A stretch of DNA of 60,755 nt from an uncultured Gammaproteobacteria bacterium (lineage in GTDB: Bacteria > Patescibacteriota > Patescibacteriia > CAYZDG01), in assembly GCA_964536515.1 (NCBI GenBank), contig CAZHXI010000001.1, positions 97,480 to 158,234 on the forward strand, given 5' to 3'. The translations under genes were made by a program, and so were the position numbers. The notes below the pieces were generated by a model. It did not search any database, was not told where the DNA came from, and saw only the letters and a list, made by a program, of their open reading frames with translations. Shown piece after piece: positions 31,001 to 40,703 of the stretch (the stretch's first letter is position 1; each line of letters opens with the position of its first letter).

Positions 31001-34000
31001 ATGATCCTACGAACTCGCTACAGGACCGTTCCTCCCGTGAGGAAGCGTGTAGCTACGCTGCTGTCCAGCAGGAGGGCACCCCTACCCAAGGGTCCGCCTC
31101 GCTGGTGGCGTCTGGTGAGCAGCCTTCTATTCAGCGGATCGTTGCTTCTCGTGGGTAGCGTGTGGTACCTGGGGCAGCGCGCTAGCCCCACCGAGGCTGC
31201 AGACCAGCCGAACCCAACGGTCAGCTACCAGGGCAAGCTGTCTGATTCCAGCGGAAGCGCCGTTGCCAACGGAATGCAGTCCGCCGCCTTTGCTATCTAC
31301 GCAGCTGCCAGCGGCGGCACGGCGCTGTGGACCGAGACGTGGGGAACCTCGACCTCCTTCCAGACCAGCCTATCGGCGCAGTCGGTTACGTCCAGTGTCT
31401 CGCTGACCTACACCGCGCCTACCACCACGGACGAGGCTAACCTGTACGTGTACCACACGCTGTACAACATCAACCGGCGCGACCAGGTAACGGTTACGGC
31501 GGTAGATACGGGTACCAATACAATCACCATTACCCCCACGGCTAAGACGTGGGAGAGCGGGGACTACATTACGAACAAGCTGGTGACGTTCGATGGCCTG
31601 TTCAGCGTGCGGCTGCCCGCGACGTCTACGCTGGAGGCTATATTCAACCAGGCGTCTACGACGCGGCTATTCTTGGGCGTGAACATTAACGGCGACGGCG
31701 AAATGCAGCCGCGCAAGCAGATTACGTTCGCGCCGCTGGCTATCAATGCGCTGTACCTGGGCGGAGTGCCCTCTACATCCTTCGCGCGGCTAGACATTGC
31801 CAATACCTTCGCTACTACCACGTTCACCGGCTCGCCCGGTGGCACGGCGGTCAACCAGGGCGGGCTGTACGTAAACCCCGCGTCACCCGGAGCAGACCAG
31901 ACCCTGCTGGGCATTGCGAACAACGGCAGCGAGCGGCTGCGTGTAGACGCCGAGGGAGACGTGTTCGCCAGCGGCACCCTATCCGTTCTGGCAATTAAGA
32001 CGACCTCCTCGAACCCGCTGCTGGTGTACGGCGGTGCGGCAGACAGCTACGTGCAGGTAGGCCAGACGTTGCCCGCCGCCTACCGCGGCTTGGCAGCTAC
32101 ATCGTCCGATGATCTATTCGTGGCCGACCAGCTCTACGTAGACGGCCTCAGCCGGCTCGACGGCGCAGTCTACAGCTCCAGTACCCTGACCGTAACGGGC
32201 GCCACCTCGCTGCACGGCTCGCTCACCGTGAGGAATACCCTTTCGCTCCCAGATTCAACCGCGCAGCTGGACATATCTGCCGTCAAGGCGAACGGCTCCC
32301 TTTCGGCCAGCGTAATCTACGTGAACGCTGCGGTTTCTTCCGTGGCGAACGGCTACGTCATAGGCCTGGCCCACAATGGCACCGAAAGGTTCAAGGTAGA
32401 CATAGACGGCGACGTGTACGCCAGCGGCACAATCCACGCGTTCGGCTTAGCGGCGACCGGCACGACCCCCCTGCTGCTGTACGGGGGAGGCTCGGGTAGC
32501 TACGTGCAGACCGGCTCGAGCCTGCCCTCCGCCTACCGCGGCTTCAGCGCAACCACCAGCAAGAGCCTGTTCGTTACCGACGACCTGTACGTAAGCGACG
32601 TGGTGCGGATGGACGGCGCCGTCAGCGCATCGAGCTCGCTGCAGGTAACGGGCGCCTCCACCTTCTACAATGATGTGACGGTACAGGGGACGCTAATCAT
32701 TCCCGATACCGGCGGAGGCCTAAGCGTAGGCACCGTAGGTGTTGACTTCGCGAACTGGGTTAACTTCAACGCCGCTGGCTACGTAGATAACTGGGAGAAG
32801 GCTCCGGTGGCAATTACCGCGGCTAGCGCCGACCCCATGTCTTTCCTGCTGGGTGCGGGAACCGGCGGGACGGAGGCGTTCTCGGTACGCGCCGGCGGGT
32901 ATGTGTTCGCATCTGGGACCTATACCGGCTTAGGCCTGACTGGGCTAGCCGACCAGGCACTGGCGGTGCAGGGTGGCGGCAACACGGGCTACGTGCTCAT
33001 AGGTGGAGCTCTGCCCGCGGGTTACCGAGGTCTGCCCGCCACCTCGACCCGTGACCTATTCGTAGCCGGCGCGCAGTTCGTAGACGGCACGGCGCTGTTC
33101 GACGGTGGCGTATGGGCCAGCAGCACGCTGCAGGTGGGCGACCTCTCCACCTTCTACGCCACCAGCACCTACGCGGCGGGTGGAATACAGATTGCCGGGT
33201 TAAATATCACGAACTCCGGTGCCCTGGGGTCGAAGAAGCTGATAATTGGGGATGCTTCCGACGCCACCCCGTACTTCATGTTCGAGCTAGATGGCTCAAC
33301 TGCATTCATAGATTCGAGCAGCTACGTAACCTTCCGTGACTCGATTTCCTTCGACTCCAGCGGCGACGTGTACTACATACCAAACGGCATGACGCTCGGG
33401 AACGGGGGGACGAACGACAGCATCGACTTCCGTGACGACGCCAACTCATCTGCCGTCGGCAACATAAACCTCGACCTCGATCGGGCCTTCCCCATCATCT
33501 CGTCCCCGAACACCGCGACCACGTCTATCGCCGACACGCTGCTCGTCAGCTCTACCGATTCGTTCTACATCCGCAGCATAGTCAATACCTCTAACGTGGC
33601 TAGCCGCATGGCGTTCGACGACACGAACGATGAGTTCATCATCGACGTGCAGACTAGCTCTACGGGCGCCGGTCCATTGGACGTAGCGGTGAAGCTAGAT
33701 GACCAGGCTGCCGGCCTCTCGTACTTCCGGGTGCGCAGCAGCACCACGGCCGTGTGGAGCGTGGATAGCGCGGGCACCGTGGGCGCCGGTGGCAGCGACG
33801 TGGCCGAACGGTACCCGTCTGCAGAGCTGCTGCTGCCGGGCGATGTCGTAGCCGCCGACCCAACCCACGCCGGCTACATCCGCCGCGCCACCGGCGGAGC
33901 GGGCGAGTCTATCATCGGCGTGGTCAGCACCAAGCCCGCCATTATCCTCGGCTTCTACGACGCAGGAGCCGAGACCCTGGGCTACGACGTGGCCCTGGTG

Positions 34001-34960
34001 GGCCGTGTGCCCGTACGGGTGACGGACGAGAACGGACCCATTTCAATCGGCGACCTGCTGACGCTCGGCTCGGAGCCGGGCACCGCCGTGCGCCGAGTCG
34101 GCGGCGGGGTAGCGCTCGGCACGGCGCTGGAGGCACTGGCTACCAGCAGCGCTGGGTCGGTGACCACGTTCATCAACGTGTCTACCCAGCCCGACGTGCT
34201 GGAGGTGGTGCCGTCTGCCTCCCGGGCGGCGGGGCTGAAGGTCTACCGCTTCGCCCCGTACGCCGGCACCATCGAGGTGGCGAGCCTGGTGGTTACCGAA
34301 TCGATCGAGGTCCGGGGTAGCGTCAGGGTCCGCGGCAGCCTGCAGCTGGACGGCGCGGTGCTGACGGAGTTCTGGGATGCGTCGGACGGTGCGCTCCGCG
34401 TGGGCGACGCCGCGGCCATCGTCGGCCCCAACGAGGTGGACCGGACGTGGGCAGACCGCAGCCCCACGCTGCCGGCCATTGGCGTGGTGGCCGAGGTGGT
34501 GCCCATTGAGCAGGTAGACGCTACCACTACGCTGGAGTACCTGACGCTGCTGGCGTCGCGCGGCCAGCTGGTAGACCCCTCGCAGCTGCGGCGGCTGCGC
34601 GTGGCGGTGGGCGGCACGCTCGCCGGGTTCACCGGCCTGCTGCCGGGTACCCGCTACTACCTGGCGACGCAGCCGCCGTACCCGTCAGCCGGCACCAGTA
34701 GCCAGGAGGCGTTGGCAGCCGAGGCGCCCACGGCGGTCGGCGTCATCCAGCAGCTGCTGGGCATTGCGCGGGATGAGCGGTCGCTGCTGCTGTTCGTCTC
34801 GCCGCAGTACAAGCTCAACGAGCCGCCGCCGGCCCCGGTGGTAATAACGGTGCCGGTGCCGTCCCCAGCTCCGCAGCCGTCTCCACAGCCGCCGGAGAAG
34901 CCCCAAGAGCCGCCGCCGGAGGCTACCCCGGCGCCGACTCCATCAGAACCATCGCCGTAG
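31001..34960 (+). CDS. Giant (1319 aa) fibre-like surface protein with three ~150-aa tandem repeats and a Pro-rich tail
   Basis: N-terminal TM (WWRLVSSLLFSGSLLLVGSVWYL). 'VSYQGKLSDSSGSAV...ALWTETW...FDGLFSVRL' is a tail-fibre-like motif. The repeats carry 'NG(S/T)ER(L/F)(R/K)VD..GDV(F/Y)ASGT...LL(V/L)YGG...Y(R)G(L/F).AT(S/T)S..LFV.D.LYV'. The C-terminus has PxP repeats. Confidence 0.6.
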   Translation: MILRTRYRTVPPVRKRVATLLSSRRAPLPKGPPRWWRLVSSLLFSGSLLLVGSVWYLGQRASPTEAADQPNPTVSYQGKLSDSSGSAVANGMQSAAFAIYAAASGGTALWTETWGTSTSFQTSLSAQSVTSSVSLTYTAPTTTDEANLYVYHTLYNINRRDQVTVTAVDTGTNTITITPTAKTWESGDYITNKLVTFDGLFSVRLPATSTLEAIFNQASTTRLFLGVNINGDGEMQPRKQITFAPLAINALYLGGVPSTSFARLDIANTFATTTFTGSPGGTAVNQGGLYVNPASPGADQTLLGIANNGSERLRVDAEGDVFASGTLSVLAIKTTSSNPLLVYGGAADSYVQVGQTLPAAYRGLAATSSDDLFVADQLYVDGLSRLDGAVYSSSTLTVTGATSLHGSLTVRNTLSLPDSTAQLDISAVKANGSLSASVIYVNAAVSSVANGYVIGLAHNGTERFKVDIDGDVYASGTIHAFGLAATGTTPLLLYGGGSGSYVQTGSSLPSAYRGFSATTSKSLFVTDDLYVSDVVRMDGAVSASSSLQVTGASTFYNDVTVQGTLIIPDTGGGLSVGTVGVDFANWVNFNAAGYVDNWEKAPVAITAASADPMSFLLGAGTGGTEAFSVRAGGYVFASGTYTGLGLTGLADQALAVQGGGNTGYVLIGGALPAGYRGLPATSTRDLFVAGAQFVDGTALFDGGVWASSTLQVGDLSTFYATSTYAAGGIQIAGLNITNSGALGSKKLIIGDASDATPYFMFELDGSTAFIDSSSYVTFRDSISFDSSGDVYYIPNGMTLGNGGTNDSIDFRDDANSSAVGNINLDLDRAFPIISSPNTATTSIADTLLVSSTDSFYIRSIVNTSNVASRMAFDDTNDEFIIDVQTSSTGAGPLDVAVKLDDQAAGLSYFRVRSSTTAVWSVDSAGTVGAGGSDVAERYPSAELLLPGDVVAADPTHAGYIRRATGGAGESIIGVVSTKPAIILGFYDAGAETLGYDVALVGRVPVRVTDENGPISIGDLLTLGSEPGTAVRRVGGGVALGTALEALATSSAGSVTTFINVSTQPDVLEVVPSASRAAGLKVYRFAPYAGTIEVASLVVTESIEVRGSVRVRGSLQLDGAVLTEFWDASDGALRVGDAAAIVGPNEVDRTWADRSPTLPAIGVVAEVVPIEQVDATTTLEYLTLLASRGQLVDPSQLRRLRVAVGGTLAGFTGLLPGTRYYLATQPPYPSAGTSSQEALAAEAPTAVGVIQQLLGIARDERSLLLFVSPQYKLNEPPPAPVVITVPVPSPAPQPSPQPPEKPQEPPPEATPAPTPSEPSP

Positions 34961-35502
34961 TGCCTACGTACCCCGTTCGAGCCCTCACCATCCGCCGCTG
35001 GCGTCGCCGCGACGCGGATAGGGTGTACCGCGTGCTGACCGAGGAGCGCGGCGTGCTGGACGTTACGGTGGCGGGCGCCGCACGGGCCACCAGCAAGCTG
35101 GCCGGCCACCTGGAGCCGTTCGCCGAGGTGCGCCTGCTGCTGGCGCGGGGGCGGGGGCCGTTCCGCGTCGCGGGGGCGGTGCAGGTGCGGCGGTTCGTGG
35201 GCGCAGACGAGGCTTCGGTGCGGCGGCTGGCGCAGGTGGCGGCGGTAGCCGAGCAGCTGGTGCCGGTAGACCAGGCGCTGCCCGGTGCGTTCGCCGCCGT
35301 CCGTGACGCCTGGGAGCAGGTGCTGTCCGAAAGTCCCGGGGGCCAGTCTGCGGCCGTTGCCAAGCTGGCCTACGACCTGTGCGGTGTGGCTGGCTACGGC
35401 GTTCCCAGTACGACCCAGCTGCCTCCAGATCCCAGCCGTTTCCTGCAGTTCATGGATACCTACCTATCGTCGGTGCTACCGCGACCTGTCCGTCTGGGGT
35501 AA
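34960..35502 (+). CDS. recO: DNA repair protein RecO (short form)
   Basis: N-terminal OB-fold pattern 'ALTIRRWRRRDADRVYRVLTEERGVLDVTVAGAARATSKLAGHLEPFAEV'. GTG start overlapping the previous stop. The assignment is by motif only. Confidence 0.55.
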   Translation: MPTYPVRALTIRRWRRRDADRVYRVLTEERGVLDVTVAGAARATSKLAGHLEPFAEVRLLLARGRGPFRVAGAVQVRRFVGADEASVRRLAQVAAVAEQLVPVDQALPGAFAAVRDAWEQVLSESPGGQSAAVAKLAYDLCGVAGYGVPSTTQLPPDPSRFLQFMDTYLSSVLPRPVRLG

Positions 35503-35511
35503 GCTACCCCC

Positions 35512-36837
35512 ATGCAGCGCAGCATCGACGTGCGGCCACCCGCCGTCCCCGGCCGGGACGCTAAACCTTTACCTACCCATTCGCCGCAGCAGCCCGCTGC
35601 GCCTACGCCTATGCCCCGACGTAAGGCCAAGAAGAGCCACGGTCTCGCCACGCTGGTGGTGGTAAGCCTCGCGTTGATCCTCGCCGCTACCGTGGGCGGG
35701 CTGTACGTGTTCGGCCCCGGGTCCAGCCGCGGAGCCGTGGCCGTCTCTATCGATGGTCCATCCGCGGTGACTTCGGGTGACGAGGTTACCTACGCCGTTA
35801 CCGTCGCCAACGCCGACGCCCAGCTGGACGTGGCAGACCTAACGCTGGAGTACCCCGTCGGCTTCTTGGTTACTTCAGTGAATCCACCGGCGACGAATGC
35901 AGCCGGGCAGAGCCTATTCAACCTGGCGCCGCTCGCCCCCGGCGAGACGGCCACGGTAACGATCAGGGGCCGTCTGCTGGGCGCCGTGGGTACCGCAGCC
36001 GAGGTCCGCGCCCGACTAGACTACGAGCCCGTCAACTTCAGCTCTAGCTTCCGCGCGGACGCCGCGGCCGTAACGAGCATCGCCGCCGGACGTGTACACC
36101 TGACGTTCGATGCGCCCGCGGTTGCCGTTTCGCCCGGCCAGCTGGCGATGTCTATTGCCGTAGAGAACGTCGCCGAGTTCGCCCTGAACGAGGTCGAGGT
36201 CGTGCTGGAGGTTCCCGAGGGCATTACGGCTACATCCAGCACCCCGCCGCTGGCGAACGGCGCGGGCGAGCTGCGGTACGACCTCGGCTCGCTGGAGCCG
36301 GGTGCCACCTGGCGTGCGCAGGTGGCCGCCGACATAGTGGGAGACTCCGGCGCCAGGCGTGGGATTGCCGTGGCCGTCTACCAGCGCATCGGCGGGCAGC
36401 GGGTAATTGTGGAGCGGGCCCTGCGCGAGGTAGAGGTGGTGCAGCCGTCGGCGACGGTCGCCCTATACGTGAACCAGTCTACCAGCTCGCCAGCTTCGGT
36501 ACCTGCGGGCGGCGTCGCTCAGGTAGCGGTAGAGGTACGCAATGTTGGATCGGTTGCCCTGGAGCAGCTGAACTTGCAGCTCAGGGCGATGGATGCTGCA
36601 TTCGACTTGGAGCGAGCCACCGGCGACGGCTGGAGGGTTAGCCCTACCGCAGGCTTGCTGCAGATTGATTTACCCGACCTCGCCCCGGGTGAGGCCATGG
36701 TACGATCGATAGGTATCCCGGTTCGTGGGGACGCACAGCTCGGTGCATCCCCGTCTCTCTGGGCAGCGGTTGGAAGCGTGGCATACGGAGAGGATTGGCT
36801 AGCGGGCTCCGGCTCCGTGTCGCTGGTGATCCAGTAG
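35512..36837 (+). CDS. Membrane-anchored protein with DUF11/CARDB-like beta-sandwich repeats
   Basis: TM (LATLVVVSLALILAATVGGLYVF) followed by repeated 'V.Y.V.V.N....L..V.L' modules. Confidence 0.4.
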   Translation: MQRSIDVRPPAVPGRDAKPLPTHSPQQPAAPTPMPRRKAKKSHGLATLVVVSLALILAATVGGLYVFGPGSSRGAVAVSIDGPSAVTSGDEVTYAVTVANADAQLDVADLTLEYPVGFLVTSVNPPATNAAGQSLFNLAPLAPGETATVTIRGRLLGAVGTAAEVRARLDYEPVNFSSSFRADAAAVTSIAAGRVHLTFDAPAVAVSPGQLAMSIAVENVAEFALNEVEVVLEVPEGITATSSTPPLANGAGELRYDLGSLEPGATWRAQVAADIVGDSGARRGIAVAVYQRIGGQRVIVERALREVEVVQPSATVALYVNQSTSSPASVPAGGVAQVAVEVRNVGSVALEQLNLQLRAMDAAFDLERATGDGWRVSPTAGLLQIDLPDLAPGEAMVRSIGIPVRGDAQLGASPSLWAAVGSVAYGEDWLAGSGSVSLVIQ

Positions 36838-36841
36838 CGAA

Positions 36842-36866
36842 AACACCTGCCGTTCTGGCAGGTGTT
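36842..36866. terminator. Bidirectional hairpin AACACCTGCC-GTTCT-GGCAGGTGTT between convergent genes
   Basis: Perfect 10-bp stem read directly. Confidence 0.65.
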
Positions 36867-37497
36867 ACGTTGCGGCCGTGGTGGGATCTCGGCGCCAGTA
36901 GTAGGGGAGCGAGATGAAGCCGACGACTACCGCAGCGCCGGCGACTACGTCGGCTACCAGCTTGGGTACGCCGAGCAGCAGCGCCAGCAGCAGGCAGAAC
37001 ACTATCGCCATGTACCATTTGCCCGGTCGGTTGCTGCGTACGGTTAGCCGCTCACGGGAGCGGAGCGCCACCAGCGTGTACCCGATGATGGTCACGTCGC
37101 GTGCTACCAGCAGCCAGAAGATGAGCGGCTCGATGCTGGCGAAGCCCAGGATCCACAGCGGCGGTACCACCAGCAGCTTGTCGGCGACCGCGTCTAGGGC
37201 GGCGCCGAGCGGGGTCTGCTGGTGCCGTAGCCGCGCCATGGTTCCATCTAGCCCGTCGCTGATGAAGCCGGCGGCCGCAATGGCTACCGTCGTCCAGCGC
37301 GGCCAGCTAAGCAGCAGGCTGGCGGCCAGCGTCGGGCAGATGGCCAGCAGCCGGAACCACGTTACGTGGTTGGGCTGCAGCGATTGGGGAATGGCCCCGA
37401 CCACGAACCCCAGCAGCTTCTCCTTGCGGAGCTCTACCGCACGGGCGGCGCGGCGTACCGCTAGCTGAATGCGTGGCAGGGCGTTCGTCTTGCGCAC
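36865..37497 (-). CDS. CDP-alcohol phosphatidyltransferase family protein
   Basis: Motif 'DGLDGTMARLRHQQTPLGAALDAVADKL' (D-G-x2-A-R-x8-G-x3-D-x3-D) in a polytopic protein. Confidence 0.85.
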   Translation of the reverse strand: MRKTNALPRIQLAVRRAARAVELRKEKLLGFVVGAIPQSLQPNHVTWFRLLAICPTLAASLLLSWPRWTTVAIAAAGFISDGLDGTMARLRHQQTPLGAALDAVADKLLVVPPLWILGFASIEPLIFWLLVARDVTIIGYTLVALRSRERLTVRSNRPGKWYMAIVFCLLLALLLGVPKLVADVVAGAAVVVGFISLPYYWRRDPTTAAT

Positions 37498-37599
37498 TGT
37501 TCTCTCCTCCGGTTGTTAGGTTCAATAATGACGCAGTGCTACCACGTCGCACCTGCCGGCGCAAGGGTCAGGCGTTGCAGCGTGGTGTACAATAGCCCC

Positions 37600-37992
37600 A
37601 TGCAGCAGCTCGCCACACAGCTCCCCGCCGCGCCGCGCAGGGCATCGGGAGGAGCTTCGGACGCAGCGTGGCAGGCGCTCGCCGAGCTGGCGATTGCGCC
37701 GCTGTGGTGGTACACCGGCGGCCTGCTGAACGTGGTGCGGTGGTGGCTGGCGCAGCTGGGCGAGGGCGCCAAGCGTCTGAGCCTGCGCGTGCTCCTCTCG
37801 CACTGGTTCCAGCCTATGTACGGGCAGTACGATACGGCGGGCCGCATCATCAGCTTCGTCCTGCGCACCATCCTCATCGTCTGGCACGTCCTGATGATGG
37901 TGATCTGGATCGTCGCGGTAACCGTCGGCCTGGCTGCCTACATTCTGCTGCCGGCCGTCGCCGTGTGGCAGCTCGTAGCTAACGTTGGCTAG
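37600..37992 (+). CDS. Hypothetical membrane protein
   Basis: The internal ATG at 37600 is preceded by TACAAT (37588-37593). It has two hydrophobic helices near the C-terminus. Confidence 0.35.
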   Translation: MQQLATQLPAAPRRASGGASDAAWQALAELAIAPLWWYTGGLLNVVRWWLAQLGEGAKRLSLRVLLSHWFQPMYGQYDTAGRIISFVLRTILIVWHVLMMVIWIVAVTVGLAAYILLPAVAVWQLVANVG

Positions 37993-37995
37993 CGT

Positions 37996-40641
37996 ATGGC
38001 AGACCAGCAGGCTCCGCTCCGTCGCTCCGATTCCGGCGGCACCTACCTAGAGCTGCCGGAGGGGCTGGTGTTCTGGGGCCGCAGCTACAGCCCCCTGGCG
38101 ATTCAAGCTAGCCGCACCCAGCGGCTGGTGAGCAGGGCGGTCGATACGTTCCTGGTCGTGGTTGCCGCAGCCGGCGCCGTCGCCGGCGCCGTTCACGTAA
38201 CGTCGTTCTGGGGTAGCGGCTCGGTGCCCATGCGCGGGCCGCTGGTGGCGCAGCTCTGGGTCGGAGTCCTCGCAGCCTGCCTCGTGGTCAGCCGATGGGG
38301 CTGGCGTCACCGTGGGCGCGCCACCGTCCTCGCCCGGTCGTTCGATGGATCTCCCACGCCGACGGCCAAGCCCCGCTGGCTAGATGCCAGTGCGTGCGCC
38401 AGCGCCGAGGTGCTAGCTAGCCTGGAGGCAGCAGCGGGCGTGGCCGTGGCTGACGGCGGCAGCGACATTCAGCCGCTCCACGTGCTGGTGGGGCTGCTGC
38501 GGCAGCCCGGGGTAGCCGCTACGGTCGCCCGCCTGGGCGTGCCGGCCAAGTCGCTGGCAGACCAGGTGCAGGCGCTGGCCCTGCGCGACAGCGTCGTCGT
38601 CCACGGCGGCAGCCGCGCCCTCACGTCCGAGGCTCTGTCAGCGGTGCTCGGCGCCTACTGGCTCGCCTACCAAGACCGGAGGCCACGGATAGAGGCGGCA
38701 GACGTGCTGCTGGGCGTAGCCAACGCCGATGAGCGGGTACGCCAGATACTGTTCGACGTCGGCATCACCAGCCAGAAGCTGGCGAACGCCGCGGCGTGGC
38801 TGCGCATCAATAGCCAGCTGGCGCACCAGTACCGCCGCCTGGCTGCCGGGGCGCGGCTGAAGCCCAAGGGCGTAATGAACCGCGCCATGACGGCGGTGGC
38901 CACGCCGACGTTGGACATGTTCAGCCACGACCTCACCCAGCTGGCGCGCGCCGGAATCCTCACCTTGGCCGTGGCCCGCGAGCGGGAGGTGGCCGAGGTG
39001 CTACGCCTGCTGGAGAGCAGCCGCCCCGTGCTGCTGGTGGGCAGCGACGGCGTGGGGAAGTCATCCATTATCCAGGCGCTAGCAGGCGCCATGGCTGCAG
39101 AGGCTGTGCCGGCCAAGCTGCAGGATAGGCGCCTGGTCGCCCTGTCGCTGCCCGCGCTGCTGGCTGGAGGCGGCGCGGCGGGAGCCGTGGAGCAGCGTAT
39201 CCTCGCCGTGTTCGGCGAGGCCCGCCGCGCCGGCAATGTCATCCTGGCTATAGAGGGGCTGCACAACGTAACGGGCATCGCCAGCGGCGGCGAGGACAGC
39301 ATCAACCTGGCGGAGGTGTTCGCCGAGGGGCTGGGCGACGGCACCGTGCTGGCCATTGCCACGGCCACGCCGCAGCAGCGCAGCCAGTTCCTAGACCAGA
39401 GCGCGCTCGGCGCCATGTTCGAGCCGGTCATCGTCAGCGAGCCCGACGACGATGCCTGCCTGCAGATGCTGGCGGCGCACGTGGGGCTAGCCGAGGCCCG
39501 GCAGGGCGTGGCGTTCACCTACGGCGCGCTGGAGCGAGCCGTGGAGCTATCCCGCCGCTACGTCCGCGACGTCTCGCTGCCCGCGCAGGCCATTCGCCTA
39601 ATGGAGGAGGCGGCCGTCTACGCCAAGCGCCACCACGCCGCCAGGCCAATCGTAACGCCCGAGGACGTGGGCGCGGTGGTCGCGGCCAAGACCGGCGTTC
39701 CCGTTACGTCCGTGACCGAGGCGGAGGAGGGCAAGCTGCAGCGGCTGGAGGAGGAGATCCACCGCCGCATGGTCGGCCAGTCCGAGGCCGTTACCCTCGT
39801 CTCGCAGGCGCTGCGCCGAGCCCGCACCAACCTACGCGACCCCAAGCGGCCCATCGCCAGCTTCCTGTTCCTGGGCTCTACCGGCGTGGGCAAGACCGAG
39901 CTGGCCCGCACCATCGCCGAGGTCTACTTCGGCGCCGAGACCCGCATGGTGCGGCTGGATATGTCGGAGTACCAGCTGGTGACCAGCCTGCCCCAGCTGC
40001 TGGGCACGCCGGACGGCAGCCAGCCCGGGGCGCTGACCGAAGCTGTCCGTCGCACGCCGTTCTGCCTGCTGCTGCTGGACGAGCTGGAGAAAGCTCACCC
40101 CGACGTGCTCAACATCTTCCTGCAGGTAATGGAGGACGGCCGCCTCACCGACAGCCAGGGTCGCACCGTGGATTTCACCAACGTCATCATCATTGCTACC
40201 TCTAACGCCGGCACTTCCTACATCCAGGACCAGGTGCGCGCCGGCACGTCGTCCGAGAAGATCCGTACCGCCCTGGTGCAGGAGCAGCTGCGCGGCATCT
40301 TCAAGCCAGAGTTCATCAATCGCTTCGACGCCGTGGTGGTGTTCACCCCGCTCACGCTGGTGGAGGTGAACGAGATCGCCCGGCGCATGGTGAAGGGCAT
40401 CGCCAAGCGGCTGGAGGAACGCGGCGTCTACCTGCGTGTAACGGACGAGGCGATTGCCGAGTTCGCGCAGCGGGGCTTCGACCCGGCCTTCGGCGCTCGC
40501 CCGCTGCGGCGCGTGCTGCAGGATACGGTGGAGAATACGTTGGCCAACTACATGCTGGCGCACACCGTGGACCGCCGCGACGTGGTCGTGATTAAGCCTG
40601 GCGGCGTGGTGGAGGTAGAGCAGGCGGTGCGGGAGATTTGA
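37996..40641 (+). CDS. Membrane-anchored Clp/Hsp100-type double AAA+ ATPase (ClpC-like, no long M-domain)
   Basis: Two N-terminal hydrophobic helices and a Clp-N-like repeat. D1 has Walker A 'GSDGVGKSS' and an atypical Walker B 'VILAIEGLH'. D2 has 'GSTGVGKTELA', 'LLLLDELEKAHPDV' and sensor 'GARPLRR'. Confidence 0.85.
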   Translation: MADQQAPLRRSDSGGTYLELPEGLVFWGRSYSPLAIQASRTQRLVSRAVDTFLVVVAAAGAVAGAVHVTSFWGSGSVPMRGPLVAQLWVGVLAACLVVSRWGWRHRGRATVLARSFDGSPTPTAKPRWLDASACASAEVLASLEAAAGVAVADGGSDIQPLHVLVGLLRQPGVAATVARLGVPAKSLADQVQALALRDSVVVHGGSRALTSEALSAVLGAYWLAYQDRRPRIEAADVLLGVANADERVRQILFDVGITSQKLANAAAWLRINSQLAHQYRRLAAGARLKPKGVMNRAMTAVATPTLDMFSHDLTQLARAGILTLAVAREREVAEVLRLLESSRPVLLVGSDGVGKSSIIQALAGAMAAEAVPAKLQDRRLVALSLPALLAGGGAAGAVEQRILAVFGEARRAGNVILAIEGLHNVTGIASGGEDSINLAEVFAEGLGDGTVLAIATATPQQRSQFLDQSALGAMFEPVIVSEPDDDACLQMLAAHVGLAEARQGVAFTYGALERAVELSRRYVRDVSLPAQAIRLMEEAAVYAKRHHAARPIVTPEDVGAVVAAKTGVPVTSVTEAEEGKLQRLEEEIHRRMVGQSEAVTLVSQALRRARTNLRDPKRPIASFLFLGSTGVGKTELARTIAEVYFGAETRMVRLDMSEYQLVTSLPQLLGTPDGSQPGALTEAVRRTPFCLLLLDELEKAHPDVLNIFLQVMEDGRLTDSQGRTVDFTNVIIIATSNAGTSYIQDQVRAGTSSEKIRTALVQEQLRGIFKPEFINRFDAVVVFTPLTLVEVNEIARRMVKGIAKRLEERGVYLRVTDEAIAEFAQRGFDPAFGARPLRRVLQDTVENTLANYMLAHTVDRRDVVVIKPGGVVEVEQAVREI

Positions 40642-40703
40642 CCGGGCGTCCTTCCTTGCCCGCGGCACCTCGCCGTGGTAGTTTTTGCTGTACAAACAGC
40701 CCC

